From the NCBI GenBank assembly GCA_040752415.1, contig JBFMGU010000176.1, positions 1-22,482 of the forward strand: DNA of 22,482 nucleotides, read 5' to 3'. Positions 1 through 9,077 of the stretch are shown piece by piece. Within the stretch, counting starts at the first letter, position 1. Every line of letters starts with the position of its first letter. The DNA comes from Myxococcota bacterium. Lineage in GTDB: Bacteria > Myxococcota > JACRCW01. The position numbers and the translations under genes were made by a program. The notes below the pieces were generated by a model that made no database searches, was not told the origin of the DNA, and worked only from the letters and a program-made list of their open reading frames with translations.

Positions 1-828
1 GACGAGGCGTGGTTGCGTGCGGTTGTCGAGCTGACCGAGGCGGATGGCACGCGCGTGGGGGCCCGGTCGCTGCAGACCCGTGAAGCCGGATGTGGCCAGA
101 TGCGGGACGCGTTGGTGGTCACCCTGGCCGTGGCGCTCGACGAGCTGGCCCACATCCCGCCACCGACGCCACCCGAGCCGCCACCGACGACACCCGAGCC
201 ACCGTCGTCGCCACCACCGGAGCCGCTCGCTGCTCCTCCGACGGAAGAACCGCATCCCGAGCCCCCCGCGCCGGCGCCGCCACCTCCGCGACCCATCAAC
301 CCGCAACCGCGACCGCGGGTGGTGCGCGTCCCGGAACAACGTTGGTGGAGCGTGGAGCTGCGCGGCGGCATGCTGGCCAACCTGGGTTCACTCCCCGCGG
401 CTGCACCGGGCTCCTCGGTCGGTGCGGCGTTGCGAGCAGGTCGGATCACCGGCGGCCTCGAGGTTTCGGTGCTGGCGCCGGCGCTGCGTTGGCAGAACGC
501 CAAGTGGTGGGGTGCGGGCGCCGCGGTGACGACGGGCAGCGTGTGCACCGAGGTGTGGTGGCTGGGCGGCTGCGCATTGCTCACCGCGGGAGGAATCACG
601 CAGGCCATCACCGGCAAGGGTCGCACCGGGCCGGTCACGACGCCACACCTCGCCGCGGGAGGCCGCTGGTACCTGGACCTGCCGCTGCGTTGGCGCCTTG
701 GCGTGCGACTCCACCTCGACGTGCAGGGCGCACTGACCCGCACCGTGGTGCTGCTGGACGGCGCGCGTGCCTGGGAAACGCCCCTCCTCAGCGGCACCCT
801 GGGCGTGGGAATCCGGTGGATCTTGTGA
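1..828 (+). CDS. 5'-truncated hypothetical protein with Pro-rich linker and predicted C-terminal beta-strand-rich (barrel-like) region; partner gene of the ECF module
   Basis: Frame is open from base 1 (DEAWLRAVVEL...). High GC3. PPEPPP tract. Amphipathic strands ending GTLGVGIRWIL. Lies directly upstream of the ECF sigma gene. Confidence 0.75.
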   Translation, partial: DEAWLRAVVELTEADGTRVGARSLQTREAGCGQMRDALVVTLAVALDELAHIPPPTPPEPPPTTPEPPSSPPPEPLAAPPTEEPHPEPPAPAPPPPRPINPQPRPRVVRVPEQRWWSVELRGGMLANLGSLPAAAPGSSVGAALRAGRITGGLEVSVLAPALRWQNAKWWGAGAAVTTGSVCTEVWWLGGCALLTAGGITQAITGKGRTGPVTTPHLAAGGRWYLDLPLRWRLGVRLHLDVQGALTRTVVLLDGARAWETPLLSGTLGVGIRWIL

Positions 829-871
829 CGCGCGTGACGGATCCGGCGTTCCCGGCCCAATCTCCCTGACA

Positions 872-1438
872 GTGAGCCACGTCGCGCCCCAGACGCAGGA
901 CCGACCTGCCGCCGCGCCATCGGCGTTGGCGGAGGTGTACCGCGCGCACTTCTCGTACGTGTGGCACGCCGCGCGGCGGGTGGGCATTGCGTCGGCGGAC
1001 CTCGAGGACGTGGTGCAGGAGGTGTTCGTGGTGGTGGGTCGCAAGCTGCCGGAGTTCGACGTCACCCGGCCCCTCAAGCCGTGGCTCTTCGGGATCCTCT
1101 ACCGCGTGGCGCTGGACTGGCGACGACGAGGATTCCGCACGCGCGAGGTTCCCGTCGACGAGCTGGTGGAGACGGACCCCCGTGACGGGCCGGAGCAGCA
1201 GGTGGAACGAGGACAACAACGCGCGCTGGTGGCCAAGGCGCTCGACGCGCTCGACTGGGACAAGCGCGTGGTCCTGGTGATGCACGAGTTCCAGGAGCTG
1301 GGCGTGCCGGAGATTGCCGCGGTGCTGGGGATCCCGGTGAACACCGCGTATTCGCGGTTGCGCCTGGCGCGCAGGGATTTTTCGGATGCGGTGCGGGCCG
1401 CGTCGGGAGGTGGAGGCCATGTCCAACAACGAGCTTGA
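872..1438 (+). CDS. ECF-type RNA polymerase sigma-70 factor
   Basis: Region 2 motifs (VYRAHFSYVW, EDVVQEVF, KPWLFGILYRVALDWRRR) and region 4 HTH (EIAAVLGIPVNTAYSRLRLAR). GTG at 872 chosen as start; the ORF is open from 767. Confidence 0.93.
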   Translation: MSHVAPQTQDRPAAAPSALAEVYRAHFSYVWHAARRVGIASADLEDVVQEVFVVVGRKLPEFDVTRPLKPWLFGILYRVALDWRRRGFRTREVPVDELVETDPRDGPEQQVERGQQRALVAKALDALDWDKRVVLVMHEFQELGVPEIAAVLGIPVNTAYSRLRLARRDFSDAVRAASGGGGHVQQRA

Positions 1439-2099
1439 GCCCTGGGATGATGACGTGTCCGCGCTGCTCGCCGCGGAACGCAACGCGCCGGCGCCGCCGG
1501 GTGTCGTGGTCGAGCGGGTGTGGCAGCGCGTGGCCCTCACCGCGCCCGCACCCGTGGATGCGCCGTCATCACCCACCGAGGTCCTGGCGCGCTCCTGGCG
1601 ACACACCGTCGTCACCGCGTTGGTTTCCGGCGGGTTGGGGCTGACTGGTGGAGCGCTGTTGCACGCCGCGTTGGCGGAGCCGGTGGTGCAGGTGGTGACG
1701 GTGGAGCGCGTGGTGCGTGTGCCGGAGCGCGTGGAGGTTCCCGTGCCGGCGTCTCCGGTGGTTGCGCCCCCCGCGAAGGCTCCCGTCACGCAGTCGACGT
1801 CGACAGCCACCCCGGAGCCGGCGCCCGCGGACGCCGTGGCGTTGGAGGCGGCGCTGCTGGACCGCGCGCGCACCGCGTTGTCACGGGATGATGCCGCGGG
1901 TGCGCTGCAGGCACTGGGAGATCACGCGCGACGCTTCCCCACCGGGATGTTCTCCGAGGAGCGGGACGCGGTCCGCGTGCAGGCGCTGGTTCGTGCGGGA
2001 AGGATGGATGAGGCGCAGCAGGCCGCGCGCGTATTTCTCGAACAGCATCCGGCCAGTCTCCACCGTCCCCGCGTGGAGGCGGTGTTGCACCCACGTTGA
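1419..2099 (+). CDS. Putative anti-sigma factor: one TM segment, Pro/Ala linker, C-terminal TPR-like helices
   Basis: GGAGG RBS before ATG 1419, overlapping the sigma 3' end. TM segment VVTALVSGGLGLTGGALL. C-terminal ALEAALLDRARTAL...RFPTGMFSEERDAVRVQAL. Confidence 0.8.
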   Translation: MSNNELEPWDDDVSALLAAERNAPAPPGVVVERVWQRVALTAPAPVDAPSSPTEVLARSWRHTVVTALVSGGLGLTGGALLHAALAEPVVQVVTVERVVRVPERVEVPVPASPVVAPPAKAPVTQSTSTATPEPAPADAVALEAALLDRARTALSRDDAAGALQALGDHARRFPTGMFSEERDAVRVQALVRAGRMDEAQQAARVFLEQHPASLHRPRVEAVLHPR

Positions 2100-2105
2100 G
2101 ACGGA

Positions 2106-2615
2106 TCAGGGCTCCAGCGCGGAAGCCAACTGCACGCGCCTCACGCCGCGCACGCCCGCCACCGCGCTCACCGCGTGGAAGCCATCTCGCAAGGAGGTCA
2201 CACCCTCCAACGTCACCACCCCGTGGTGAACCGAGGTGACCCGCGGCTTCTCGTCGGAGGAACGGGGACACGCGGCCAGCGCGGCTTCCACTTCCCGTCG
2301 CAGCGCGTCGTCGTGGGAAACCACGTTGGAGTCCGGGAGGGCCGTCACCTGCACCAGGTTGCGCACCCCGCGCACGCCGGGAAGCCGCAGGGTCTCCGCC
2401 GCCACGCGCATGCGCGTCGGCTCGTCTGGAACACGACCGTGCAGCGTCACCCGTCCGCTGCTCGTGTCGACGTGGACGCCGCGCGCGTCGAGCTGCGGGT
2501 GGGTGAGGAACAGGATGCGCGCGCGCATGGTGATGGCGGCGTCGGGAAAGACCGGTGTGGGCCCCGCGATTCCCGGCCCGCCCAGGAGCACCAGACCCAT
2601 CACCATGCCCAACAT
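2106..2615 (-). CDS. Secreted BON-domain (OsmY-like) protein, two BON domains
   Basis: Signal-like MLGMVMGLVLLGG. DAAIT...VHVDTSSGRVTLHGRV...PGVRGVRNLV, and a second repeat GVVTLEG...VAGVRGV. Confidence 0.85.
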   Translation of the reverse strand: MLGMVMGLVLLGGPGIAGPTPVFPDAAITMRARILFLTHPQLDARGVHVDTSSGRVTLHGRVPDEPTRMRVAAETLRLPGVRGVRNLVQVTALPDSNVVSHDDALRREVEAALAACPRSSDEKPRVTSVHHGVVTLEGVTSLRDGFHAVSAVAGVRGVRRVQLASALEP

Positions 2616-2723
2616 GCGTGTGCCCCCCCGTTCGCGCCGGCCAGGCTCAACGCGTGGAACCGTGCGCAACTTCCTGGCATCCCGGAAAGGGCACCTCTCC
2701 CCACGCAATGAACCTTGGTTGGC

Positions 2724-3212
2724 TCACATGGAGTGCAGGCGGGACTCGGGTGGTCCGTCGCGGTCCAGCACGGCTTTCGCCGTCATGCACATCCGCGCGG
2801 TCCCGTGCGCGATCACCATGAAATAGCCCGTCTTCAACAGCTCCTCGTAGCTGCGCAGGTTTGCGGCCGGCACACCCAGCGCGCCCAGGCCGCTATGCAG
2901 CGCCTCCCGCGTTCCCCGCGACGAGGGCGACTCCAGCGAGCGCATCATGGCCGCCACCAGCGGTCCCCCCACCAGCAACGCGCCCACGCCGGGGACCAGG
3001 AACAAACCGCTCCCGCACAACTCGCGCTCCAGCCGGGACTCGAACCTGCCGCTGTCGTCGGAGCCGGTGCGCACGCGCGGTGCCGCGGGGCGGCCCACCA
3101 GCGACAACGACGACATGGGAATCCCGCGGTAACGCAGCTGGTGCGCCGCCAGCTCCGCCTGCAGCTGCGTGGCGTGGACGGCCACGACGCAGTTCCTCTC
3201 GGAAGCGAACAT
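2724..3212 (-). CDS. General stress protein (YflT/17M-like), degenerate
   Basis: VVAVHATQLQAELAAHQLRYRGIP..LSLVGR, GLFLVPGVGALLVGGPLVAA, LGALGVP...YEELLKTGYFMVIAHG. GAGGG RBS. Confidence 0.75.
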   Translation of the reverse strand: MFASERNCVVAVHATQLQAELAAHQLRYRGIPMSSLSLVGRPAAPRVRTGSDDSGRFESRLERELCGSGLFLVPGVGALLVGGPLVAAMMRSLESPSSRGTREALHSGLGALGVPAANLRSYEELLKTGYFMVIAHGTARMCMTAKAVLDRDGPPESRLHSM

Positions 3213-3298
3213 CCGGACCCTCTGTGGAAGCTGTCGACGATGGCGGGCCAGTTGCCGGCTGGGCGCGGACGCGATCCTTCCCCGGGACCCCGCCGTGG

Positions 3299-3312
3299 AT
3301 CACAGCTGTGAT
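3299..3312. promoter_or_regulatory. Perfect 14-bp palindrome ATCACAGCTGTGAT, candidate operator
   Basis: AT-richer dyad located between divergent genes (3212 minus, 3389 plus). Confidence 0.4.
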
Positions 3313-3388
3313 AACGCGCCACGCGTTCCGGTGCCGGCGCGCGCCGTCGTGGTGAGCGGGAGATTCGCGGAAGTTAGATGCAGTGTTG

Positions 3389-3880
3389 ATGCGTGGGCGA
3401 TGCGCGCTGACGTTGGTCATGATCACGGCATGCGGGTCGCCCTCCGCGCGGCGTGCGGGTGACGTGACGTCCGGAGAGAACCTCGTGCGGTGCGGTGGGG
3501 ACGTGGGGGTGGCACGCACCTTCATCACGGGCGAGCGCCAGGAGGCCACGCTGTGCTTCCACGCCGGCGCTCCCTCGGTGTCCTTCCGCGCCGCGGGAGA
3601 TTTCCAGGTGGGCGAGCGGTATCACCTGCGGGTCGACTTCCCGGATTCCGGGTTGGCCGCGGAGCTGCATTTCCGTTTGCTCGCGGAGGATGCCCAGGGC
3701 GCCACGGAGGAGCTTGCGCGGTGCCGGCTCTCCCCCGACGCGGACGGAGGCTGCAACGCCACGCTGCCACGTGACGCGGCGCGGTTGATCCTGGAGGCCG
3801 CCGACCCCGACGCCACCTCGCCGCGTGTGGTGCACCTGGGCTTCCTGGTTGCGCTCATGCTGGATCCGGCCACGCGGTGA
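3389..3880 (+). CDS. Hypothetical lipoprotein
   Basis: MRGRCALTLVMITA-C lipobox-like signal; coding-like codon usage. Confidence 0.7.
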   Translation: MRGRCALTLVMITACGSPSARRAGDVTSGENLVRCGGDVGVARTFITGERQEATLCFHAGAPSVSFRAAGDFQVGERYHLRVDFPDSGLAAELHFRLLAEDAQGATEELARCRLSPDADGGCNATLPRDAARLILEAADPDATSPRVVHLGFLVALMLDPATR

Positions 3881-4663
3881 TGTCGGGCGTCCGCTTCGTG
3901 CGCTTCGCAGCGGGAGCACGCGGCGGCGCGGGAGTTGTGCGCGCGCGGATTCCAACGCGGTCCGTCGTGGTGAAGGCGTCATCACGGACGACGGGAAGGG
4001 ATGCTTTCAAGTGCGCGTCGAGGAACAGGTCGGTATGACTGTGGCGGATTGAACGGGAGACTCCCGGCGCGCCACGCCGGGGAATGGAGCACGGAGCTTC
4101 TGGAGCTGCGGTTGGCCGGGCGCTCATCCGTGATGGCCGGTCCTCCGCCCCGCGCCGTTCCCGCATGCCCAACCCCAGGACGCCATGGACGACGTCGGGT
4201 TGCGCGTGCGTCGTGCTGCGTCGGGGAGCCGGGTTCATCACCGGTGCCGCGAAGGCTGGCGTCACCGCTCGCCGGATGCCGCCGTGCACGGAATGGATTC
4301 GCACATGATGCGTCGGCCCACGCGTGCCCAAGGTTCACCCCCGTCGTTTCCCACGGCGCGCGGCACGCACAGCCACGCTCATCCGTCATGGCAGCAACAG
4401 TGGAGATGGAATGGCAGTCCGGATGCTGGAGTGCCGCCGCGGTGGCTCCGTCACGCCACGTGGTCGGCTTCCGGGACGTCACGCGGTGGCACGCAACAAC
4501 AGGACAACCCGGTGCAGCGTCTCCACGCACCCGGCCGTCCCGTGGAGGGGTCTGCACGCAGGGCCCGTCACGGTTCGGGTCCGGAGGTCAGGAGCGGTGT
4601 GCTCGTTGTCGGCAAACAGTTCTTCGCGGCCGTTGAGAGCAGCGCAAGAAAGTGAGGAGCATC

Positions 4664-5395
4664 ATGCGACTGGTGATTGGTGTTCTCAGTGCAATGCTGG
4701 TTGTGTCGGGTATGGTGGACGAGAACACGGCGCGGGCCGACGAGTCTGCCGTGGTGCAGACCACGGACCAGGCGGCGCCGTCGACGACAGCGGAGGTGGA
4801 CACCTCTTCTGAAGTCAACGTCCCGGTGCAGAAGGCCCAGGCGGAGGTGCGCCGAGGTGGCTTGCTGGGTGGCCCAAGTGGCTGGGTGATTGCCGGCCTC
4901 GTGGGCGCGCTGGTGCCCATTGTGCTGTTCGCGCTTCCGTTCATCTGGGCGCCGTGGGCCGGTCCGCTCAGCCTGCCGTTCCTGGGCGCGGCCATGTTGT
5001 GGGGCACCTTGATGGTCACCGCCGGTGGTGGGCTGGCGTGGTTGCTCAGCGCCCTGTTCAGCGACGTGCGCGGCGGATTCTTCCTGCCCATCCTGACCAG
5101 CGCGGGCGTGGGGCTTGCCGGCACCGTGCTCAGCGGCATCCTGGCCACCCTGTCCATCTGGCCGTTCTTCCTCTACGCCGTCTACCAGGCCGGCCCGCAG
5201 GCGGCGAACGTCAACTACTGGACCAACCGCGGCGTGCGGAACCCGGTCCCGTGGATCGGCGTGCTCGCCGGCTTCGTGGTCTGGTCGATGGGCGTGGTGA
5301 CCACCAGCATTGCCGGCCCGCTCATGGCGGCGTGGGTCTACCGTGAGCGCGGCACCCCGCGTCAGGCGGAGGCCGGTGCCGGCTACTACGAGTAA
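4664..5395 (+). CDS. Hypothetical multi-pass membrane protein
   Basis: GAGGAG RBS, N-terminal signal-like segment, about four hydrophobic segments, high GC3. Confidence 0.8.
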   Translation: MRLVIGVLSAMLVVSGMVDENTARADESAVVQTTDQAAPSTTAEVDTSSEVNVPVQKAQAEVRRGGLLGGPSGWVIAGLVGALVPIVLFALPFIWAPWAGPLSLPFLGAAMLWGTLMVTAGGGLAWLLSALFSDVRGGFFLPILTSAGVGLAGTVLSGILATLSIWPFFLYAVYQAGPQAANVNYWTNRGVRNPVPWIGVLAGFVVWSMGVVTTSIAGPLMAAWVYRERGTPRQAEAGAGYYE

Positions 5396-5430
5396 TCACG
5401 TAGCCTGCCGTTAGGGTTCCTTAGGAACCA

Positions 5431-5479
5431 GGAAGGCCGCGGGCGTCACCCCGTGTGGCTCCCGCGGTCATCCGTTTTT
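5431..5479 (+). terminator. Rho-independent terminator
   Basis: GGCCGCGGG-CGTCAC pairs with GTGGCT-CCCGCGGTC, followed by TTTTT, 35 nt after the stop at 5395. Confidence 0.7.
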
Positions 5480-5636
5480 CCTGAACACCGCACGCCGCTC
5501 CCCACACCCACCCGCAGCTCCCGCTCCCGCGCAATGGCCGCGCGGCATCCGGGCGTCCGTCAAGACGGGTTCACGCCGTGAACGGCCATTCATGCCCCAC
5601 CGGTGCCAACTCCGTGATTCCACGGGGTGGCGCCGG

Positions 5637-5652
5637 CGGCGCGGCCTTTGCT
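5637..5652 (+). promoter_or_regulatory. Sigma-54-like -24/-12 promoter
   Basis: CGGCGCG-GCCT-TTGCT fits GG-N10-GC, about 30 nt upstream of the ATG at 5684. Confidence 0.45.
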
Positions 5653-5683
5653 TGGTGGCCTCCCCTGCGTGGGCGGAGGAGCC

Positions 5684-6376
5684 ATGGGCATGCGTTGGTG
5701 GAGCGTTGCTTTGAGCGGGATGGCGTTGGCGGCGTGTGACGGCGGGGACTACGGCGGCCGCGGTGAGCATCTCATCGGCATCGGCCTGGAGGAGCGTGAC
5801 ATCCCCGGCGAGGACATCCAGATGCTGCAGCTGGCGGTCCAACGCGGGCACGCGGTGGTGGTGGGTGAGCCGGGGCGCACGGACATCCGCGTGGAGCCGG
5901 TCCTGGACGGTGGCGACGAGGAGGATGTCACGCTGGTGGTGGCCACGGATGACGACGGAAACCTGGCCATTGCCGCCCAGAGCGAGGACGAGGGCGACCT
6001 GACGGTCCGCGTGCTGGTTCCCCCGGACCTGGCCTACCAGGTGGCGGTGGATGAGGGTGATGCGCACGTGTGCGGTGTGGAGGTGGGCGGGGAGGTTGCC
6101 GTCGACGAGGGCAACGCGCGGGTCAGCCTCTTCCCCGGCACGGAGCTGGAGGTGGCGGTCAACCAGGGCGACATCCTCCTGGAGCTGCCACCGGACATCG
6201 ACGTGGACCTGGACGCCGCCGCCGAGGACGGGCGCATCGACATTGACGGCATTCCCTTCAGCGGCACCCAGTCCGACGAGATTGCCACCGGCGAGCTGGG
6301 CCGTGGTGGACAGCCGGGCATTGAGCTGGCGGTCAACGAGGGCAACATCGAGATTCGGGCCTGGCCGGAGAACTAG
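5684..6376 (+). CDS. Acidic lipoprotein with DUF4097/adhesin-like beta-strand repeats
   Basis: GGAGGAG RBS. LAA-C lipobox. Repeats VAVDEGDA / VAVDEGNA / VAVNQGDI / LAVNEGNIEI. Confidence 0.8.
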   Translation: MGMRWWSVALSGMALAACDGGDYGGRGEHLIGIGLEERDIPGEDIQMLQLAVQRGHAVVVGEPGRTDIRVEPVLDGGDEEDVTLVVATDDDGNLAIAAQSEDEGDLTVRVLVPPDLAYQVAVDEGDAHVCGVEVGGEVAVDEGNARVSLFPGTELEVAVNQGDILLELPPDIDVDLDAAAEDGRIDIDGIPFSGTQSDEIATGELGRGGQPGIELAVNEGNIEIRAWPEN

Positions 6377-6452
6377 GACGAAGTGGCGCTATCGTCACCG
6401 GTTGGACCGCCACGACGCACGATGGGTGTGACTGCGCCAGGACAAGGTGCCG

Positions 6453-6702
6453 AGCGGTACTGCAGACGTTGCCAGCGGGCCACGACGTGGAGTGCGGCGG
6501 GCCCTCGCCGCCCTGGCCAGCGCCGAGCGGTTATGCCCACCCGTCAAACGGTCCACGACGCGTCGCCGGCGCGCATTCCCCGTCGTCGCGAAGTCCCGGG
6601 CTCCGCGGTGCCTCCGTCGTGGACGCTCCCGGCGCTGGCCAGGGCGGCGAGGGCCCGCCGCACTCCAGGTCGCGGCCCGATCACGACGTCCGCAGTCCCG
6701 CT
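6453..6702. repeat. Long inverted repeat (REPIN-like), 73-bp arms
   Basis: 6453-6525 is the reverse complement of 6630-6702: the inner 38 bp are perfect, with 8 mismatches in the outer 35. An inner GTCCACGACG/CGTCGTGGAC pair is also present. Sits between convergent genes. Confidence 0.92.
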
Positions 6703-6713
6703 GACGCAGCCGC

Positions 6714-7334
6714 TTAGTCCCGCCGCGCCACGCCCAGCACCATGGGCCGGACGAACGCGGGAGCCTTCCGCATGCTCTCCCGTCGGACGCGCTCCATCCG
6801 GAACCCGGCCTGTGCCAGCGCGTCCGCGGTCCGACGCGTCAGGTGACAATTCCCGGCCAGACGTTTCCACGCCGGCTCCAGGAAACGCTGCAGTCGGAGT
6901 CGGCCCGGACGGTCCTCCGCCGCCACGTGCTCCATGAACACCAGCTGGCCACCCGGCCGCAGCACGCGGCGGATCTCCCCCAGCGTGCGGTCCACGTCGG
7001 AGACCGAGCACAACACCAGCGTGACCACCACGAAGTCAAAGGTCCGTGGCGAGAACGGCAGCTGCTCCGCCGAGGCGCGCGCACACATCACGTGGCCCCG
7101 GCGCGTTTGCGCCACGCGTGTTTGCAGCTGTTGGAACATGGCCGGGTGTGGCTCGGTGAGCACCAGGCGCTGCAGCGTGGCGGGGTACAGCTCCACGTTG
7201 CGGCCCGTGCCCGCACCCAGCTCCAGCACCTCTCCCGCCACGCCACCCAACAGCTCCCGACGCCACTCCAGCAGGCACGCCTCCTCGGTGCGGGACATGA
7301 TGGGGTCGTAGACGGCGGCGAGGAGACGGTTCAC
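6714..7334 (-). CDS. Class I SAM-dependent methyltransferase (Methyltransf_11, METTL7-like)
   Basis: VLELGAGTGRN, AEQLPF..TFDFVVVTLVLCSV, EIRRVLRPGGQLVFMEHV, GNCHLTR. Confidence 0.92.
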   Translation of the reverse strand: MNRLLAAVYDPIMSRTEEACLLEWRRELLGGVAGEVLELGAGTGRNVELYPATLQRLVLTEPHPAMFQQLQTRVAQTRRGHVMCARASAEQLPFSPRTFDFVVVTLVLCSVSDVDRTLGEIRRVLRPGGQLVFMEHVAAEDRPGRLRLQRFLEPAWKRLAGNCHLTRRTADALAQAGFRMERVRRESMRKAPAFVRPMVLGVARRD

Positions 7335-7420
7335 GCGTCAGATGTGACGGATGTCGGCGCGCACATCAAGGGCTCCGACGACGCATTGCGGTGTCGGGCG
7401 GCGCGCACGAATATCGCGTC

Positions 7421-9020
7421 ATGAGTGGGCGCGCCCTCTTCCCCTGGTTTCCCGTCGTGGTGCTCCCGCTGGTGCTGGTGCTTGGCCCGGCGTGTCCGAG
7501 CGCCCAGTACCAGTGTCTCACCGGCGACGATTGTGCCCTCGGTTCCGTGTGTCACGAAAGCGTGTGCCGTCCGAGCTGTGCTGGCGGGGAACCGTGCGCC
7601 TCCGGTCTGCGGTGCGACCCAGGCACCCAGGTCTGTCTTCCGCCCACGACGTCTTCCTCCTCCTCATCGTCGTCGGTGTCGTCTGCGACAACAGCGTCTT
7701 CATCCGCGAGCAGTTCGTCCTCGTCACCATCGTCGTCCTCGTCCTCGTCCTCCTCGTCATCAACGTCGTCCTCGTCATCGTCGTCGTCGGGCGCCTCGTC
7801 TTCCAGCTCGTCGTCAGCGTCCAGCTCCTCGTCGGGCGCTGTCGCGACGTCCGGCGGATGGACGTCATCGAGCTCGCTTTCGTCGTCGTCGGGAGGGTCC
7901 GGCGGTGGCGCGTCGGTGGGGAGCACGTCCAGCTCCAGCGGTGGCGGCGGGCGGGACGCGGGGATGCCCGACGCGGCCGCACCGGACGCGGGTCCAGCGT
8001 GCCTGCGCAACTGGTGGGATTGCGCGTGGCAGTCCCGGATGACGTTGGTGATGGACAACGCCTCCGCGCCGGAGGACCTGCAGGACTTCCCGGTGCCCGT
8101 GGAGCTGGAGGCCCTGGAGGGCGTGACCCCCGACGGTGCCGACGTGCGCTTCGTTGACTTTGACGACGTCACGGTGCTGGCCCACGAGGTCGAGGTGTGG
8201 AACCCGGGCGGGACCTCGGTGTTCTGGGTCCGGCTGCCCGCGCTGCGCGCCGGTCAGGACGCGGTGTTCCGCGTGTACTGGGGGAACCCCGACGCACCGA
8301 TGGACACCACGTCGTCGGACGTCTGGAGCAACGGCTACGGTGGCGTGTGGCACCTGGAGGAGGACCTGCGGGATTCCACCACGTCGGGCGCGCACGGGAC
8401 CAACCAGGGAACCCTGGCCACCAACGGAATCCGCGGCTCGTCACGGGCCTTTGCCAACGGCACGCACGTGCAGATCAACACCGTTCCCGCGCTGCGCACC
8501 ACCGGTGACCTCACCATCTCCGTGTGGCTGCTCCCCGAGACGCTGCTGGCCGGCAACTATGAGAACGCGCTGCTCTCCTGCGGCGTGGGCGTGGACCTGG
8601 AGGAGGAGAACTACCCCTACTACCTCTCGCTCAGCTCCGACGGGACCTTCACCCTGTGGTGGGAGTACGGCGTCGGATTCAACGCCGAGGTGGTGAGCAA
8701 GCGCGGCCATTCCCACGACCTCCGCCTGGCACCACCTGGCCATGGTGCGCGACGTGACGGCCCAGACCATCCGCTTCTTCGTCGACGGCGTCCAGCTGGG
8801 AGAGGCCAGCTCGTATGCCAACAACCCCACCGGTGCCTCGCTCTGCCAGATGGTGCTGGGCGCGGATGCGGTCACGCCCTCGTCGTGGTTCTGGCCGGGC
8901 GCGTTGGATGAGACCCGAGTGGCCAACGTGGCGCGCAGCGCGGGGTGGGTTGCCGCCGAGTACCGCAGTGTGACGTCGCCGCCGCAGGTGCAGGGTGGCG
9001 TCGAGCTGAGGCCGGAGTGA
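7421..9020 (+). pseudogene. Cys-rich / Ser-linker / DUF2341 / LamG (ConA-like) lipoprotein, broken by a +1 frameshift near 8699
   Basis: GPA-C lipobox. DUF2341-like DFPVPVEL...DVRFVD...HEVEVWN...FWVRLP...VYWGNP. The LamG text continues in the next frame (SAWHHLAMVRD...FFVDGVQ...GALDETRV) after GTG AGC A AGC GCG. Confidence 0.85.
7652..7939 (+). repeat. Low-complexity poly-Ser/Gly coding tract (TCN repeats)
   Basis: Runs of TCG/TCC/TCA/AGC encoding an approximately 95-aa Ser-rich linker. Confidence 0.9.
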
Positions 9021-9077
9021 AGCGCGCGTGCCGCCAGGAACTCGGAGCGCGTGGGGAACGGAGGTACGCTGCACGCC

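Noticed and set aside
4427..4450. TGGAGTGCCGCCGCGGTGGCTCCG as a seventh REP-like unit
   Set aside because: Lacks the GCG/CGC stem base and the YYTGG tail, and has no inverted partner.
5415..5429. Palindrome GGTTCCT-T-AGGAACC
   Set aside because: Short, immediately upstream of the terminator, and no independent support for a function.
7552..8172. Poly-Asp/Glu protein on the minus strand
   Set aside because: Reverse-complement reading of the poly-Ser TCN tract.
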